Assembly (NCBI GenBank): GCA_965215005.1
Contig: CBDCCZ010000010.1
Span: 96,001 to 160,000, forward strand
Source of the DNA: Kofleriaceae bacterium
GTDB taxonomy: Bacteria; Myxococcota_A; Polyangia; Haliangiales; Haliangiaceae
Reading direction: 5' to 3'
Length of the DNA: 64,000 nucleotides
Shown: positions 7,977 to 17,520 of the stretch, one piece after another
How the letters are laid out: each line of letters opens with the position of its first letter
Position numbering within the stretch: the first letter of the stretch is position 1
The notes under the pieces: model-generated
Database searches by the model: none
What the model was told of the DNA's origin: nothing
What the model saw: the letters and a program-made list of their open reading frames with translations, nothing else
Translations under genes and position numbers: made by a program

Positions 7977-9145
7977 ACGCTATGCACAGCTCCATCTTGA
8001 TAGGCACTCGCAAGGGCACCTTTATCGTCGACAAACACAATGGACGCTGGACGCCCCGCCTCGCCGGCCACGCTGGGATTGGCGTGAACTTCGTCGCCCG
8101 CGATCCGTATAGCGGCACCATATGGGCGCTGCTCGGTCACGGACACTGGGGTGCCAAGCTGTCGCGCTCCACCGACGATGGCCACACGTGGCAGGACACG
8201 GCGCAAGTCCAGTATCCGGAGGGCGCGCGCTACCTTGAAGGATTTGTTCCCGGCGAGGCCGAGGACACACCCAAGCGCCCGAGCTTCAAGCCGGCGACGC
8301 TGCTCAAGCTGTGGCACATCGCTTTCGGGCCCGGTGGCCGCGTCTATATCGGCACGATTCCCGGCGGGCTCTTCACCAGCGACGACGGCGGCGAATCGTT
8401 TGCTCTCAATCTGCCGCTATGGAATCACGAGTCGCGCGGCGGTGACTTGTTCGCCAGCGACGACGCCGGCCAAAATCACTGGTTTGGGACCCCGGCCTCG
8501 GAAGGAGGCGAGTTCGCGCCCGGCATCCACTCCATCGTCGTTGATCCGCGCGACCCCCAGCGTCTCCTCATTGCGGTTTCCACAGCGGGTGTGCTCGAGA
8601 GCTGCGATGGCGGCGGCAGTTGGCATGGACGCAACAGCGGCATGCAGAACGATTATCTTCCCGACCCGGCTGCCGAGTGGGGACATGACCCGCATTACGT
8701 GGAGCTGTGTCCTGGGCAACCCGATCACGTGTGGCAGCAAAATCACTGCGGCGTGTTCTACAGCAGCGATGGCGCGCAGCGTTGGAACAAGGTGAGTCGG
8801 CCCGAGCAAGGCGTGCATTTCGGCTTTCCGGTCGCCGTCGATGCGCGCGATGGCCGCGTTGCCTGGCTGGTTCCCGGTCGCGCCGACAATCAGCGCATGG
8901 CTATCGACGGCGGGCTCTTCGTCGCTCGCACCGAAGACGCGGGGCAGAGCTGGACGCAGCTGCGAAACGGGCTACCGCAGGAGCATGCCTACGACGTCGT
9001 CTATCGCCACGCACTCGCCAACCGCGACGATGCATTGGCGTTTGGTAGCACCACCGGAAACTTGTACGCCAGTGAGAACGGCGGCGACAGCTGGCACACC
9101 ATCGGCACCAACTTTCCGCCGATTTACTCGGTGCGCTTTAGCTGA
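7973..9145 (+). CDS. BNR/Asp-box repeat beta-propeller protein (sialidase-like)
   Basis: Repeated S-x-D-G-G-x-(S/T)-W boxes (STDDGHTW, SDDGGESF, SCDGGGSW, SENGGDSW). ATGA overlap with the MoaD-like gene. Confidence 0.85.
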   Translation: MNAMHSSILIGTRKGTFIVDKHNGRWTPRLAGHAGIGVNFVARDPYSGTIWALLGHGHWGAKLSRSTDDGHTWQDTAQVQYPEGARYLEGFVPGEAEDTPKRPSFKPATLLKLWHIAFGPGGRVYIGTIPGGLFTSDDGGESFALNLPLWNHESRGGDLFASDDAGQNHWFGTPASEGGEFAPGIHSIVVDPRDPQRLLIAVSTAGVLESCDGGGSWHGRNSGMQNDYLPDPAAEWGHDPHYVELCPGQPDHVWQQNHCGVFYSSDGAQRWNKVSRPEQGVHFGFPVAVDARDGRVAWLVPGRADNQRMAIDGGLFVARTEDAGQSWTQLRNGLPQEHAYDVVYRHALANRDDALAFGSTTGNLYASENGGDSWHTIGTNFPPIYSVRFS

Positions 9146-9216
9146 CAATCGCCGCCAGCGATGAGAGCAGCCCTCGGGGAGACGCCCAAATCGGCACTCA
9201 ACGGCGTGTGGTCGCG

Positions 9217-9927
9217 TTAGAGCGCTAGCGCGCGCTGCAAGAAACCGCGCACGCCGGCGATCACCGAGGGTGGAATTTCATGACCGCCATCAAAGGCATG
9301 CCAGTCGACCTCGAAGCCAGCGTCGACCAGCATGCGACGCAGCTCGTCGGCCGCGTCGAACGCCAAGAGAGGATCGCCTTCGCCATGACTTTGAAACACC
9401 GGCGTGGAGGCGTGCGCGGCGAGCTTCGCGCGCCACTCGCTGGCATTGATGAGGGTGCCCGAGAGGAGCACGCAACCGGCAAGTGATCGCTCACTGTGGA
9501 GCAGCACGTCCATGGCGAGCATGGCTCCTTGAGAGAAGCCACCGAGTACGAGGTGCGACGGCGTTAGGGTGTCCTGCACGTGCGCGAGCACGTCGGTGAT
9601 GAGCTTGCGAGCCGCGGGCAATTCGGCGGGCCGTTCATCGCGGCGGTCGGAGTGACCGCCATCGGCCATGTCGCGCTCCAGGCGCTCCATATCAATCATC
9701 CACCACGCGCGCGAGTCGCCAAAGAACGCAGGCAAGGTGAGTGGCGCCGCCGGAAACACGAAGCGCACCGCTGCGGGCAGTCCGAAGGCGCGCGCCAATG
9801 GCACCAAGTCATCGCCCGGCGCTCCGAAGCCATGCAGCAGCACGACGACGGGGCCATCACCGCCGCCGTTGTCGTCGGAGCCGCCGAGAATCCGCAAGGT
9901 GCTGGGGCCGACTGCCTCGGTTCGCAT
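9217..9927 (-). CDS. Phospholipase/carboxylesterase (alpha/beta hydrolase)
   Basis: LLHGFG, GFSQG nucleophile elbow, HGEGDP, GGHEI. Confidence 0.9.
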   Translation of the reverse strand: MRTEAVGPSTLRILGGSDDNGGGDGPVVVLLHGFGAPGDDLVPLARAFGLPAAVRFVFPAAPLTLPAFFGDSRAWWMIDMERLERDMADGGHSDRRDERPAELPAARKLITDVLAHVQDTLTPSHLVLGGFSQGAMLAMDVLLHSERSLAGCVLLSGTLINASEWRAKLAAHASTPVFQSHGEGDPLLAFDAADELRRMLVDAGFEVDWHAFDGGHEIPPSVIAGVRGFLQRALAL

Positions 9928-10167
9928 GCGGCTCGTCTATCACGACCGCCGGCGCGGGCAAAGCGCAAGCCGCTGTTCGATCCACCGAGGGTGCTGCAAG
10001 CGATGGCTTGGGGCTCCCCTAGCAGGGGCAGAGACTGCAGCAGGATGCGTCAACTGCTCGAAACTTGGGCAGGCCCATGCGCTGCGCTTGACGAGCCGCA
10101 CCGCATACGCAAGAGTTCCGGGAGTCGAAGCCTGGACCGCACGTCGGCCGGGACTGGAGGTATCGAG

Positions 10168-10572
10168 ATGTCCAAGCGTTTGCACCTCTTCAAGTCCAAG
10201 ATTCACCGCGCCACCGTCACGCACGCGGATCTCGACTACGAAGGGAGCGTGTCGATCAGCGGCGAGCTCCTCGAGGCAGCCGATATTCACGAGCACGAAC
10301 AGGTGCACATCTGGAATGTCACTCGCGGCACCCGGCTGGTTACCTATGCGTTGCGCGGCGATGACCACAGTGGGGTCGTGTGCATCAACGGCGCGGCAGC
10401 GCATCTAGCCGAGCCGGGCGATTTGGTCATCATCGCCACCTTCGCTGAGATCGACGAGGCGCAGGCCGAAGGCTGGCAGCCCACGGTGGTCTTGGTCGAT
10501 GCGCAAAACCGCATGATCGATGGCGACCTCAAAGAGATCGCCGGACCCAAACGGCGCGTCAACGCCGCCTAA
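10168..10572 (+). CDS. panD: Aspartate 1-decarboxylase
   Basis: [19 protein letters not shown] (G-S autocleavage site), TYA, INGAAAH. GGAGG upstream of ATG 10168. Confidence 0.96.
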   Translation: MSKRLHLFKSKIHRATVTHADLDYEGSVSISGELLEAADIHEHEQVHIWNVTRGTRLVTYALRGDDHSGVVCINGAAAHLAEPGDLVIIATFAEIDEAQAEGWQPTVVLVDAQNRMIDGDLKEIAGPKRRVNAA

Positions 10573-10594
10573 AGCGGCGCAATCGCGCCCGCGC

Positions 10595-11584
10595 TCACCA
10601 CGCCATCACGAGCTTGCCAAACGTCTCGTTGGCCGCCATTCGCTCGTGGGCGCGGGCGATTTCCTCCATTGGCATGACGTCGTCGACGATGGGGGTCAAT
10701 GCGCCGCTTTCGAAGCGCGGCAGAACCAAGTGCGAGAACTCTTGCGCCAGCGCGATCTTCTGTTCGAGCGGGCGACTGCGCAATACCGTGCCTATCACCT
10801 CGGCGCGCTTGGCAAGCATCATTGCCAGTGGTGCGGTGCCGCTAGCGCCGCCGAGGAGACCCACCATGACCAGTCGGCCGCTGGTGGCGAGAGCGCGAAG
10901 ATTCTCCTCGAGATAGGCCGCGCCGATGGTGTCGAGGATGACGTCGGCGAGGGCGCCGCGGGTGAGCTCGCCCACCGCGCGCGCAAAGCTCTGCTCGGTT
11001 ACCAGGAGCGGGTGCTCGAGCCCGAGCTCGACGCAGCGGTCGAGCTTGGAGCGCGTGCGACTGGTGCCGATGACCCGCGCCCCCGCCAAGCGCGCCAGCT
11101 GCATCGCGGCTGTGCCGACGCCGCTGCCAACGGCGTGCACGATGAGCGTCTCGCCAAGCGCGAGCCGGCCACGCGCAAACAGCGCATCGTAGGCGGTGAA
11201 GAACACCTCGGGAATGGCCGCCGCATGGGTGAGCTCGAGCCCGTGCGGCACCGCAACGACTTCGCGCTCGTGGAGCACCACGTGGGTGGCCATCGCGCCG
11301 CCGCCGGTAATAGCCATGACCCGGTCGCCCGCCGCTACCTCGGTGACGCCGGCGCCCACTGCCGAGACGATGCCCGACAGCTCGAGGCCAGGAATGTTAG
11401 CCGGTGCTCCTGCGGGCGCGGGATAAAAGCCACGTCGCTGCAACAGGTCAGCGCGATTGAGTCCTGCCGCAGCCACTTCGACGAGGATTTCGCCGGGCCC
11501 CGGCGCGCGAAGCTCCAGGGGCTCAATCGAGATGACCTCGACTCCTCCGGCGCCGCGAAAGGTGACTGCGCGTGCGTTGGCCAT
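10595..11584 (-). CDS. NAD(P)H-quinone oxidoreductase (PIG3/zeta-crystallin type)
   Basis: GLNRADLLQRRGFYP, PGLE, AAAIPEVFFTA, GSGVGTAA, GKLV. Confidence 0.92.
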   Translation of the reverse strand: MANARAVTFRGAGGVEVISIEPLELRAPGPGEILVEVAAAGLNRADLLQRRGFYPAPAGAPANIPGLELSGIVSAVGAGVTEVAAGDRVMAITGGGAMATHVVLHEREVVAVPHGLELTHAAAIPEVFFTAYDALFARGRLALGETLIVHAVGSGVGTAAMQLARLAGARVIGTSRTRSKLDRCVELGLEHPLLVTEQSFARAVGELTRGALADVILDTIGAAYLEENLRALATSGRLVMVGLLGGASGTAPLAMMLAKRAEVIGTVLRSRPLEQKIALAQEFSHLVLPRFESGALTPIVDDVMPMEEIARAHERMAANETFGKLVMAW

Positions 11585-11667
11585 AGGACGCAGCCTAAAG
11601 GATGCGCGCAGGCGACGCCACTCAGTGGCCCACGGTCCTCATCGCGAGCAACGCTCGCCGGAAGCGA

Positions 11668-12192
11668 TTACTCGAACCAATAGCGAATGCCGATGGCACC
11701 GTTGAAGTCAGCGTCTGCGCCGCTTTCGTCAACGATGAAGTCGAGCACGAATGCCAGCTCGAAAAAGATGTCGAGCGGCACGTTGTTGAAGTCCATCGCG
11801 ATGCCGATAGGAGCGCGAACGCCGACGGCAAAGTCGTCGCGCTCGCGGCGTGTATAGTCGAATACGCGCGCACCAACGCCAAAATACAGCGGCAGCCAAA
11901 ACGGCTCCGCCTCGGCGAGGTTGACCGGGTGCCAAAGATAGTCGAAGTGCAGATGCAGCCCGTCGCGGCCACGAAACGACAGCGCGCCAACGCCAAAGTC
12001 GAACGCGGCATCAGAGGCCACGAAATACTTGCCAGACAAGCCTGAGGGGGCACCGAGCATCAATCCGAGACCGAAGGTCTTGTTGGACTGAAAGTTCGAG
12101 GCCTGCCGCGGTCGTGGCCGGGCCTCGGCGGCAGACGCGAGAAGCAGAAGGGCGACTATGGCGAAAATCCCGGGACGAAGGAAAAGCGGCAT
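11668..12192 (-). CDS. Small outer-membrane beta-barrel protein (DUF3996-like)
   Basis: Signal peptide, FGLGLMLGAPSGLSGKY, alternating beta-strand pattern, C-terminal RYWF. Confidence 0.7.
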   Translation of the reverse strand: MPLFLRPGIFAIVALLLLASAAEARPRPRQASNFQSNKTFGLGLMLGAPSGLSGKYFVASDAAFDFGVGALSFRGRDGLHLHFDYLWHPVNLAEAEPFWLPLYFGVGARVFDYTRRERDDFAVGVRAPIGIAMDFNNVPLDIFFELAFVLDFIVDESGADADFNGAIGIRYWFE

Positions 12193-12338
12193 CGAGCCCC
12201 TTCTACCGCGAACTGCAGGCGTGATCGAGATTTGCGCTGCGTAGGTGCAGCGGCGCCAGCTCACTACCAGGCGTAATTGCTGCCTTGCTGCTGAAAGCCG
12301 CTCGATCAGCTCGATGCGTGGCATGCTGCGAGCTGCGC

Positions 12339-13883
12339 ATGCGATGGCCGCAGAGACGTTCGGAGCCCGTCATTGCCGCGTTGGCCACTCTGTTCTGCGC
12401 GTGCAGCGGCCAAGGCGCCAGCGCACCGACGCCGACGCCGACGCCGACGCGTGCCGCGAACGCGCCTCTCGATGCGCCTGCGCGCGCCATTGCTCCGCCC
12501 AAGGGCGACTGTCCTGCGGGCACCAAGCCGCGGGGGGCTGCGCCGCCGCGGGGAACCGAGCTCTGGTGCGTCGATGAAGCGGGCCGGCGGCAAGGGCCCT
12601 ACGCAGCGTGGTCGGCTGATGGCGACGTTGAGCTCACGGGCGCCTACCAAGACGATCGCGCCCATGGCACGTGGCGACAATACGGCAGCGATGGCGTGTT
12701 GCTTGGTGAGTACGAGCTGCAGGGCGGCACTGGCACCTACCGACGCTGGCATTCGACCGGAACGCTCGCAGAATCCGTGACCATGCGCGGCGGCGTGCGC
12801 GATGGAATGGCGCAGTACTGGAGTCGCAGCGGCGAGCTCCTCGTTAGCGAGCATTACGTCGACGGAGTGCTCGAGGGAATGCGCAGCGTCGGCGGCGCTG
12901 GCGAGATGCGCAGCGAAGAGACCTTTTATCGCGGCCGCCGTGATGGCGAGCGGCGGGTGTATCGCGACGAGGCGCTGGTGCTCCTCGAGACCTTCTCGCA
13001 GGGGGTGCTACACGGGCCGTGGAACGCCTATCGCGCCGGCGGCCGAAAGCGCGTCGAGGGCCAGTTTTCTGGCGGCCGCGAGCACGGCACGTGGATCGAG
13101 TATCACGCCGGTGGCAATAAGCAGCGACAAAGCAGCTGGAATCATGGCGAACGAGTGGGCGACTATTTGGAGTGGCATCCAAACGGTCGCCTGGCGCTCA
13201 CCGGCACCTACGCGGCGGGGGCAGCGGTGGGCACGTGGTCGGCGTGGGATCGACGCGGACGGCTCCTTGGCAGCTATACGCTCGAGGCCGGCACCGGCGT
13301 CGCGACGCGCTGGTATCGCTCGGGGCGCCGCGCACAAGCCACCGCAATGGTTTCTGGCGTGGTTCACGGAACCGACCGGCGGTGGGACGAGGCTGGGCAG
13401 CTGGCGCTCGAGGCGCACTATCGGCACGGCAAGCCTCATGGGCGCTGGCGTGAGCTCGACGGCGGAGTCCCGCGACTCGAGGTGGCGTATGCAAACGGCC
13501 AACGTCACGGAACGCTACGACGTTGGTATGGCGATGGAGCTCTAGCGCTCGAGGAGCACTATGAGCACGGCCAACGCCACGGCCGACACCGCGGCTATTT
13601 CGCCAGCGGAGTGCTGCAGAGCGAGGGCAACTATCGCGATGATCGCCGCGAGGGCGTCTGGATGCAGTACTTCCCTGATGGCGTTCTCGCGATGCAAGGG
13701 CGCTGGCGAGCGGGTGTGCTCGATGGCGGGTTCTCGCGCTGGCACGCAAACGGGCAGCTCGCGGCGCAGGGACACTATCTAGAAGGGAAGCGGATGGGCG
13801 CGTGGCAGTTCTGGAATCGCGATGGCGAAAGCACGAGCTCCGACATCTATACCGAAGCAGCCGCGGAGCCATTCGAGCCGTGA
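12339..13883 (+). CDS. MORN-variant repeat (YwqK-like) putative lipoprotein
   Basis: Many (E)G-x-(Y/W)-x-x-G-x-x-x-G-x-W-x-x-(Y/W) repeats; CAC lipobox-like signal; PT linker. Confidence 0.8.
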   Translation: MRWPQRRSEPVIAALATLFCACSGQGASAPTPTPTPTRAANAPLDAPARAIAPPKGDCPAGTKPRGAAPPRGTELWCVDEAGRRQGPYAAWSADGDVELTGAYQDDRAHGTWRQYGSDGVLLGEYELQGGTGTYRRWHSTGTLAESVTMRGGVRDGMAQYWSRSGELLVSEHYVDGVLEGMRSVGGAGEMRSEETFYRGRRDGERRVYRDEALVLLETFSQGVLHGPWNAYRAGGRKRVEGQFSGGREHGTWIEYHAGGNKQRQSSWNHGERVGDYLEWHPNGRLALTGTYAAGAAVGTWSAWDRRGRLLGSYTLEAGTGVATRWYRSGRRAQATAMVSGVVHGTDRRWDEAGQLALEAHYRHGKPHGRWRELDGGVPRLEVAYANGQRHGTLRRWYGDGALALEEHYEHGQRHGRHRGYFASGVLQSEGNYRDDRREGVWMQYFPDGVLAMQGRWRAGVLDGGFSRWHANGQLAAQGHYLEGKRMGAWQFWNRDGESTSSDIYTEAAAEPFEP

Positions 13884-13972
13884 TGCCGGCGGCGCGGAGC
13901 ACGTTGCACGCTGAGCCAATGGCTCCTACCCTTGATGAAGCAGCCGCTCGTCGTCGCGGCACTGGAGCACCC

Positions 13973-14434
13973 ATGTCGCGTCTTCCATTCTTAGCCACTG
14001 CTTTGCTTTTGCTCGCCGCCTGCGGTGGCGACGGCGATGACGAGGGCGGCGCGCCAGCCGATGCGTTTAGCTGCGCGGAAGAGACCCGCGCCGATGACTA
14101 CACCGCCGGGATGGAAAAAGCGGGTGCCGCTGGGTTCACGGTTCGCCTGGCGGATTCGCAGCCTTCGCCGCCGTCGCGGGGAGACAATACCTGGACGGTG
14201 GAGATCGTCGATAGCGCCGGCGCGCCGGTCGATGACGTGACGATCGATACCCGGCCTCGCATGCCCGATCACGGCCACGGCACTCCCAAGGTAGCCGAGT
14301 TCAGCGCCAAGGGCGCTCCGGGCAGCTATGAAATCACTCCGGTGAACCTATGGATGCCGGGCTACTGGGAGGTCACGCTCAGCTTGTCGGGCGAGGCCAC
14401 CGACGAAGTGACCTTCAAGTTCTGTGTTGATTAG
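13973..14434 (+). CDS. YtkA/FixH-like lipoprotein
   Basis: LAA|C lipobox; GDNTWTV, RMPDHGHG, LWMPGYWEV. Confidence 0.78.
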   Translation: MSRLPFLATALLLLAACGGDGDDEGGAPADAFSCAEETRADDYTAGMEKAGAAGFTVRLADSQPSPPSRGDNTWTVEIVDSAGAPVDDVTIDTRPRMPDHGHGTPKVAEFSAKGAPGSYEITPVNLWMPGYWEVTLSLSGEATDEVTFKFCVD

Positions 14435-14464
14435 TTTAGCGCATCGCCACAGTTGTGCGGCACT

Positions 14465-15835
14465 CTAGAGTTGGCAGGCACCGGTGGTGCAAAAGCACCC
14501 AAAGCCGTCGCTGCGTTGCCAGCTCAGCTGCGTGCCCGTGAACTCAATGGTGGGAATTCGCTCGCGAATCGCCGGCTGCAAGTCGCCGCTCGCGATCAAG
14601 TCGTCGGCGAAATCCAGCCCCACCGGCCGCAGCCGAACCCGCGCCGTGATGCGCTCGGCCTCACCCAGGCCCTCGTAGCGGCGCGTGACCGTGTGCACGT
14701 AGCGCGGGTCGGTGGGATCATTGGTCACCGCAGGCGGTAGCAGGTTCGACTCCACGCGTGCGACCTCCCAGAACATGTGCACTTCCTTGCCCTCGGCGTC
14801 GAAGAACGTGTCGCGGATCTGCCATAGGCTCGGATCGGCAGCGGCCACGTCCACCACCGGCTCGCCCTCCCCGACCACGCCGCTGGACGCGATGATCTCG
14901 CCGGCGGCGTCGTAGGCGATCAGCTCGACCCACATGCGCCGGTCGGCCGCGGCACCGCTGGTGATGTTGTGGCCGGCCCCGATATTGTCGAGGATGTAGT
15001 CGGCCTCGATGCCACCGGCGCCGGGGTTCACGCACAGTCGCGGAAAGATCGAGCCTTCGGAGTCTCGCTCGATGGCCGCCCTCTGCAGCTCGATATCTGG
15101 CCACGGCGTGAGCGCGAGGTCGAAGCCATTGAACAAGTGCTCATGGCGATCTCGTAGCGGCACGCCCGGGAAGTCGGCGACCACGTCGGTGCGCTGAAAC
15201 ATGTGACACCCCGAGCACGACAAGCCGCCCTCGTTCTTAGGCTTGTGAAACACACTATCGATGTATTCGGCGTAGGTGCGTTCAATGGCCACGCCTGCGG
15301 GGGTGACGATGTCGTGGCAGGCGCCGCACATCTTCGAAGATTCGGCAACGGCGTCGCCATCGAGGTAAGGCGAATACGCAGTGCGGTGAAACCCATTGCT
15401 CGTGGCATCGGCAAAGCCCCCGCGCAACACGCCATCGGACGCGAGCACGAGCGGATTATTGTGCGTTCCTTCCACGGACTGCACCGAGTGGCAAACGTAG
15501 CAAGTGACTCCTTTGTAGGCTTGATCCAGCTCGTCGAGATTGAGCCCATCGGTCGTGAGCCCGAGCTCGACTGCCATGGGCGCGTGGCACTTGACGCAAA
15601 AGTCGCCCAGCGCGCCCGCCGTCTCGCGTTGGCCGCGCGCATTCATGGCCACGAACATCGGATCATCGGCGGCATAGGCGTGCATGCTGCTCGCCCACTC
15701 GCGCACGTGCTGCGGGTGACAGTCGACGCACGCTTGCGGGTCCATGAGCGTCTCGATGCTGGCGTAGTCCTCGCCGCAGCCGCCGACGAGCAGGAAGACG
15801 AGCATCGAGACGAGCGCGATGGTGCCGCGCCTCAT
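14465..15835 (-). CDS. Pentaheme cytochrome c lipoprotein (c554-like N-terminus)
   Basis: Five CxxCH (CVDCH, CVKCH, CYVCH, CGACH, CSGCH); EWASSMHAYA; VGG|C signal. Confidence 0.88.
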   Translation of the reverse strand: MRRGTIALVSMLVFLLVGGCGEDYASIETLMDPQACVDCHPQHVREWASSMHAYAADDPMFVAMNARGQRETAGALGDFCVKCHAPMAVELGLTTDGLNLDELDQAYKGVTCYVCHSVQSVEGTHNNPLVLASDGVLRGGFADATSNGFHRTAYSPYLDGDAVAESSKMCGACHDIVTPAGVAIERTYAEYIDSVFHKPKNEGGLSCSGCHMFQRTDVVADFPGVPLRDRHEHLFNGFDLALTPWPDIELQRAAIERDSEGSIFPRLCVNPGAGGIEADYILDNIGAGHNITSGAAADRRMWVELIAYDAAGEIIASSGVVGEGEPVVDVAAADPSLWQIRDTFFDAEGKEVHMFWEVARVESNLLPPAVTNDPTDPRYVHTVTRRYEGLGEAERITARVRLRPVGLDFADDLIASGDLQPAIRERIPTIEFTGTQLSWQRSDGFGCFCTTGACQL

Positions 15836-16239
15836 CGCAACGCCCCTTGGTCGATCCACTGAAGGATTGCGCAGCGCTCCGCGGCAGGCAGCGGTCGCCC
15901 CGGCGGCATGACCACCGCGGGACTTGAGCTCGTGAGGCGCCGCGGCAGCTCGCCGCACGAGGCATCGTACGGAATGACCCGCTCGCTGAGCAAACGGTAG
16001 GCTTCATCGGCGTTGGCGAAGACGAGCCCGCCGCGGGCCCCCTCGGCGGAGTGGCAGGCACCCCCGGCGACGCCGCACGAGGGCACTAGCGTCCGCTCAA
16101 ACATCGTGTCGAAGCTCGGCTCGTACAGCGGCGTGCAGCTCAAATCGACCTCCACGCAAGCGGAGTCTTCACCAGCGCAGCCACTCCCTGCCAGCAGCAA
16201 CACACTCGCCACGACTGTGACTGCGCGAGCAGCGCCCAT
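15832..16239 (-). CDS. Small lipoprotein with atypical CX6CH cytochrome c-like domain
   Basis: GSG|C signal; CGVAGGACH; MPPGRPL...ILQWIDQGA. ATGA overlap with the multiheme gene. Confidence 0.7.
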   Translation of the reverse strand: MGAARAVTVVASVLLLAGSGCAGEDSACVEVDLSCTPLYEPSFDTMFERTLVPSCGVAGGACHSAEGARGGLVFANADEAYRLLSERVIPYDASCGELPRRLTSSSPAVVMPPGRPLPAAERCAILQWIDQGALR

Positions 16240-16416
16240 TCGAGGCTTTCTAGCACCTCGAGGACAGCGCGAGAAGGGCTCTAACGCGTGCTAGGCTGCG
16301 CGCTTGCTTCCCCGCCATCGAGCGTCCGCGGCCATTGCCTTCGTTCCCACCCCGCAGTACATCCGTAGCGGTTCGTCGGTCCCCATGCGAAACCTCCTAC
16401 ACCCGCTCTCGCGCTC

Positions 16417-17520
16417 ATGACGATCGTCTCCATTCTGATCGTGCTCGCCCTTCTCGTGGCCGCCAACGCGCTATACGTCGTCGCCGAGTTTGGTGCGGTG
16501 TCAACGCGACGCAGCCGCATCCGCCAGCTCGCCGAAGAAGGCAATCGTCTGGCGCGCCGTCTCGAGCCAGTACTCGAGAATCCAACGCGCCTCGACCGCT
16601 ACATCGCCGCCTGCCAGATCGGCATCACCATCTCGAGCTTAGTCCTCGGTGCCTACGGCCAGGCCGCGCTCGCGCCACTGATCACGCCGGTGCTGGCCGC
16701 AGCGGGGGCCAGCGCCGGTCTCAGTGCGGCGACCGGAGCGTCGCTGTCGGCGGTGCTGATCCTCATTGGCCTGAGCGTGATGCAGATGGTTCTTGGCGAG
16801 CTGGTTCCCAAGGCATTTGCTCTCGAATTTCCCGAAAAGGCGGCGCTTGGAACTGTATTGCCGCTGGGATGGTCACTGCGGTTGTTTCGGCCCCTCATCT
16901 GGCTACTCAACGGCAGCGGGCTCGCCGTCGTGCGCCTACTCGGCCTCCAGCAGGAAGGCCACCGTCACGTTCACACGCCAGGAGAGATCGACTTTCTCAT
17001 TCGCGAGAGCGCTGAGGGTGGCGCTATCGAGCCAGAAGACCGACGACGGCTACGGCGGGCGCTGCGCCTATCGAGCCGCCGCGCTCGCGACCTGATGGTT
17101 CCCCGCGATAGCATCGCAGCCATCTCCATCACCGCTTCGGAGCCCGAGGTTGCCGCCGCGATTGCCGAGGTTCCGTTCACGCGACTGCCGGTGTTTCGCG
17201 ACACGCTGGATGACTTGGTCGGCTTTCTGCACAGCAAAGATGTCGTGCCGTATTTAGTGCGCGGCGAGGCGTTACCGGTGACCGAGCTGGTGCGACCGAT
17301 ACTGACGGTTCCGCCGCAGGCGAGCGCGGACCAGCTCTTGGTGTTGTTTCGTGAGCGCCACGCGCAGCTCGCGGCGGTGGGCGAAAACGGCAAGGTGCTC
17401 GGGCTGGTGACGCTGGGCGACGTGCTCAAGGAGCTGTTTGGCGCCATGGCCGATGAGTTCGAGCCGCGGCGGCGGGCGCGAGGCCATCTCGGTCGGCAGC
17501 GACGGGATAGGCAGCGATGA
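16417..17520 (+). CDS. HlyC/CorC (CNNM; DUF21 + CBS) family protein, lacking the C-terminal CorC domain
   Basis: NALYVVAEF, CQIGITISSLVLG, GELVPK, MVPR, TRLPV. Confidence 0.9.
   Translation: MTIVSILIVLALLVAANALYVVAEFGAVSTRRSRIRQLAEEGNRLARRLEPVLENPTRLDRYIAACQIGITISSLVLGAYGQAALAPLITPVLAAAGASAGLSAATGASLSAVLILIGLSVMQMVLGELVPKAFALEFPEKAALGTVLPLGWSLRLFRPLIWLLNGSGLAVVRLLGLQQEGHRHVHTPGEIDFLIRESAEGGAIEPEDRRRLRRALRLSSRRARDLMVPRDSIAAISITASEPEVAAAIAEVPFTRLPVFRDTLDDLVGFLHSKDVVPYLVRGEALPVTELVRPILTVPPQASADQLLVLFRERHAQLAAVGENGKVLGLVTLGDVLKELFGAMADEFEPRRRARGHLGRQRRDRQR

Noticed and set aside
9580..10167. N-terminal extension of PanD in the 330-aa ORF
   Set aside because: Overlaps the opposite-strand esterase; PanD homology and the GGAGG site point to ATG 10168.
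12424..12450. gccgac hexamer tandem repeat (also the ctcggcaat repeat near 5790-5812 and the Thr/Ala repeats at 5200-5420)
   Set aside because: In-frame low-complexity linkers (PTPTPT, AEIAEI); no spacer structure, so not CRISPR or a phase-variation tract.
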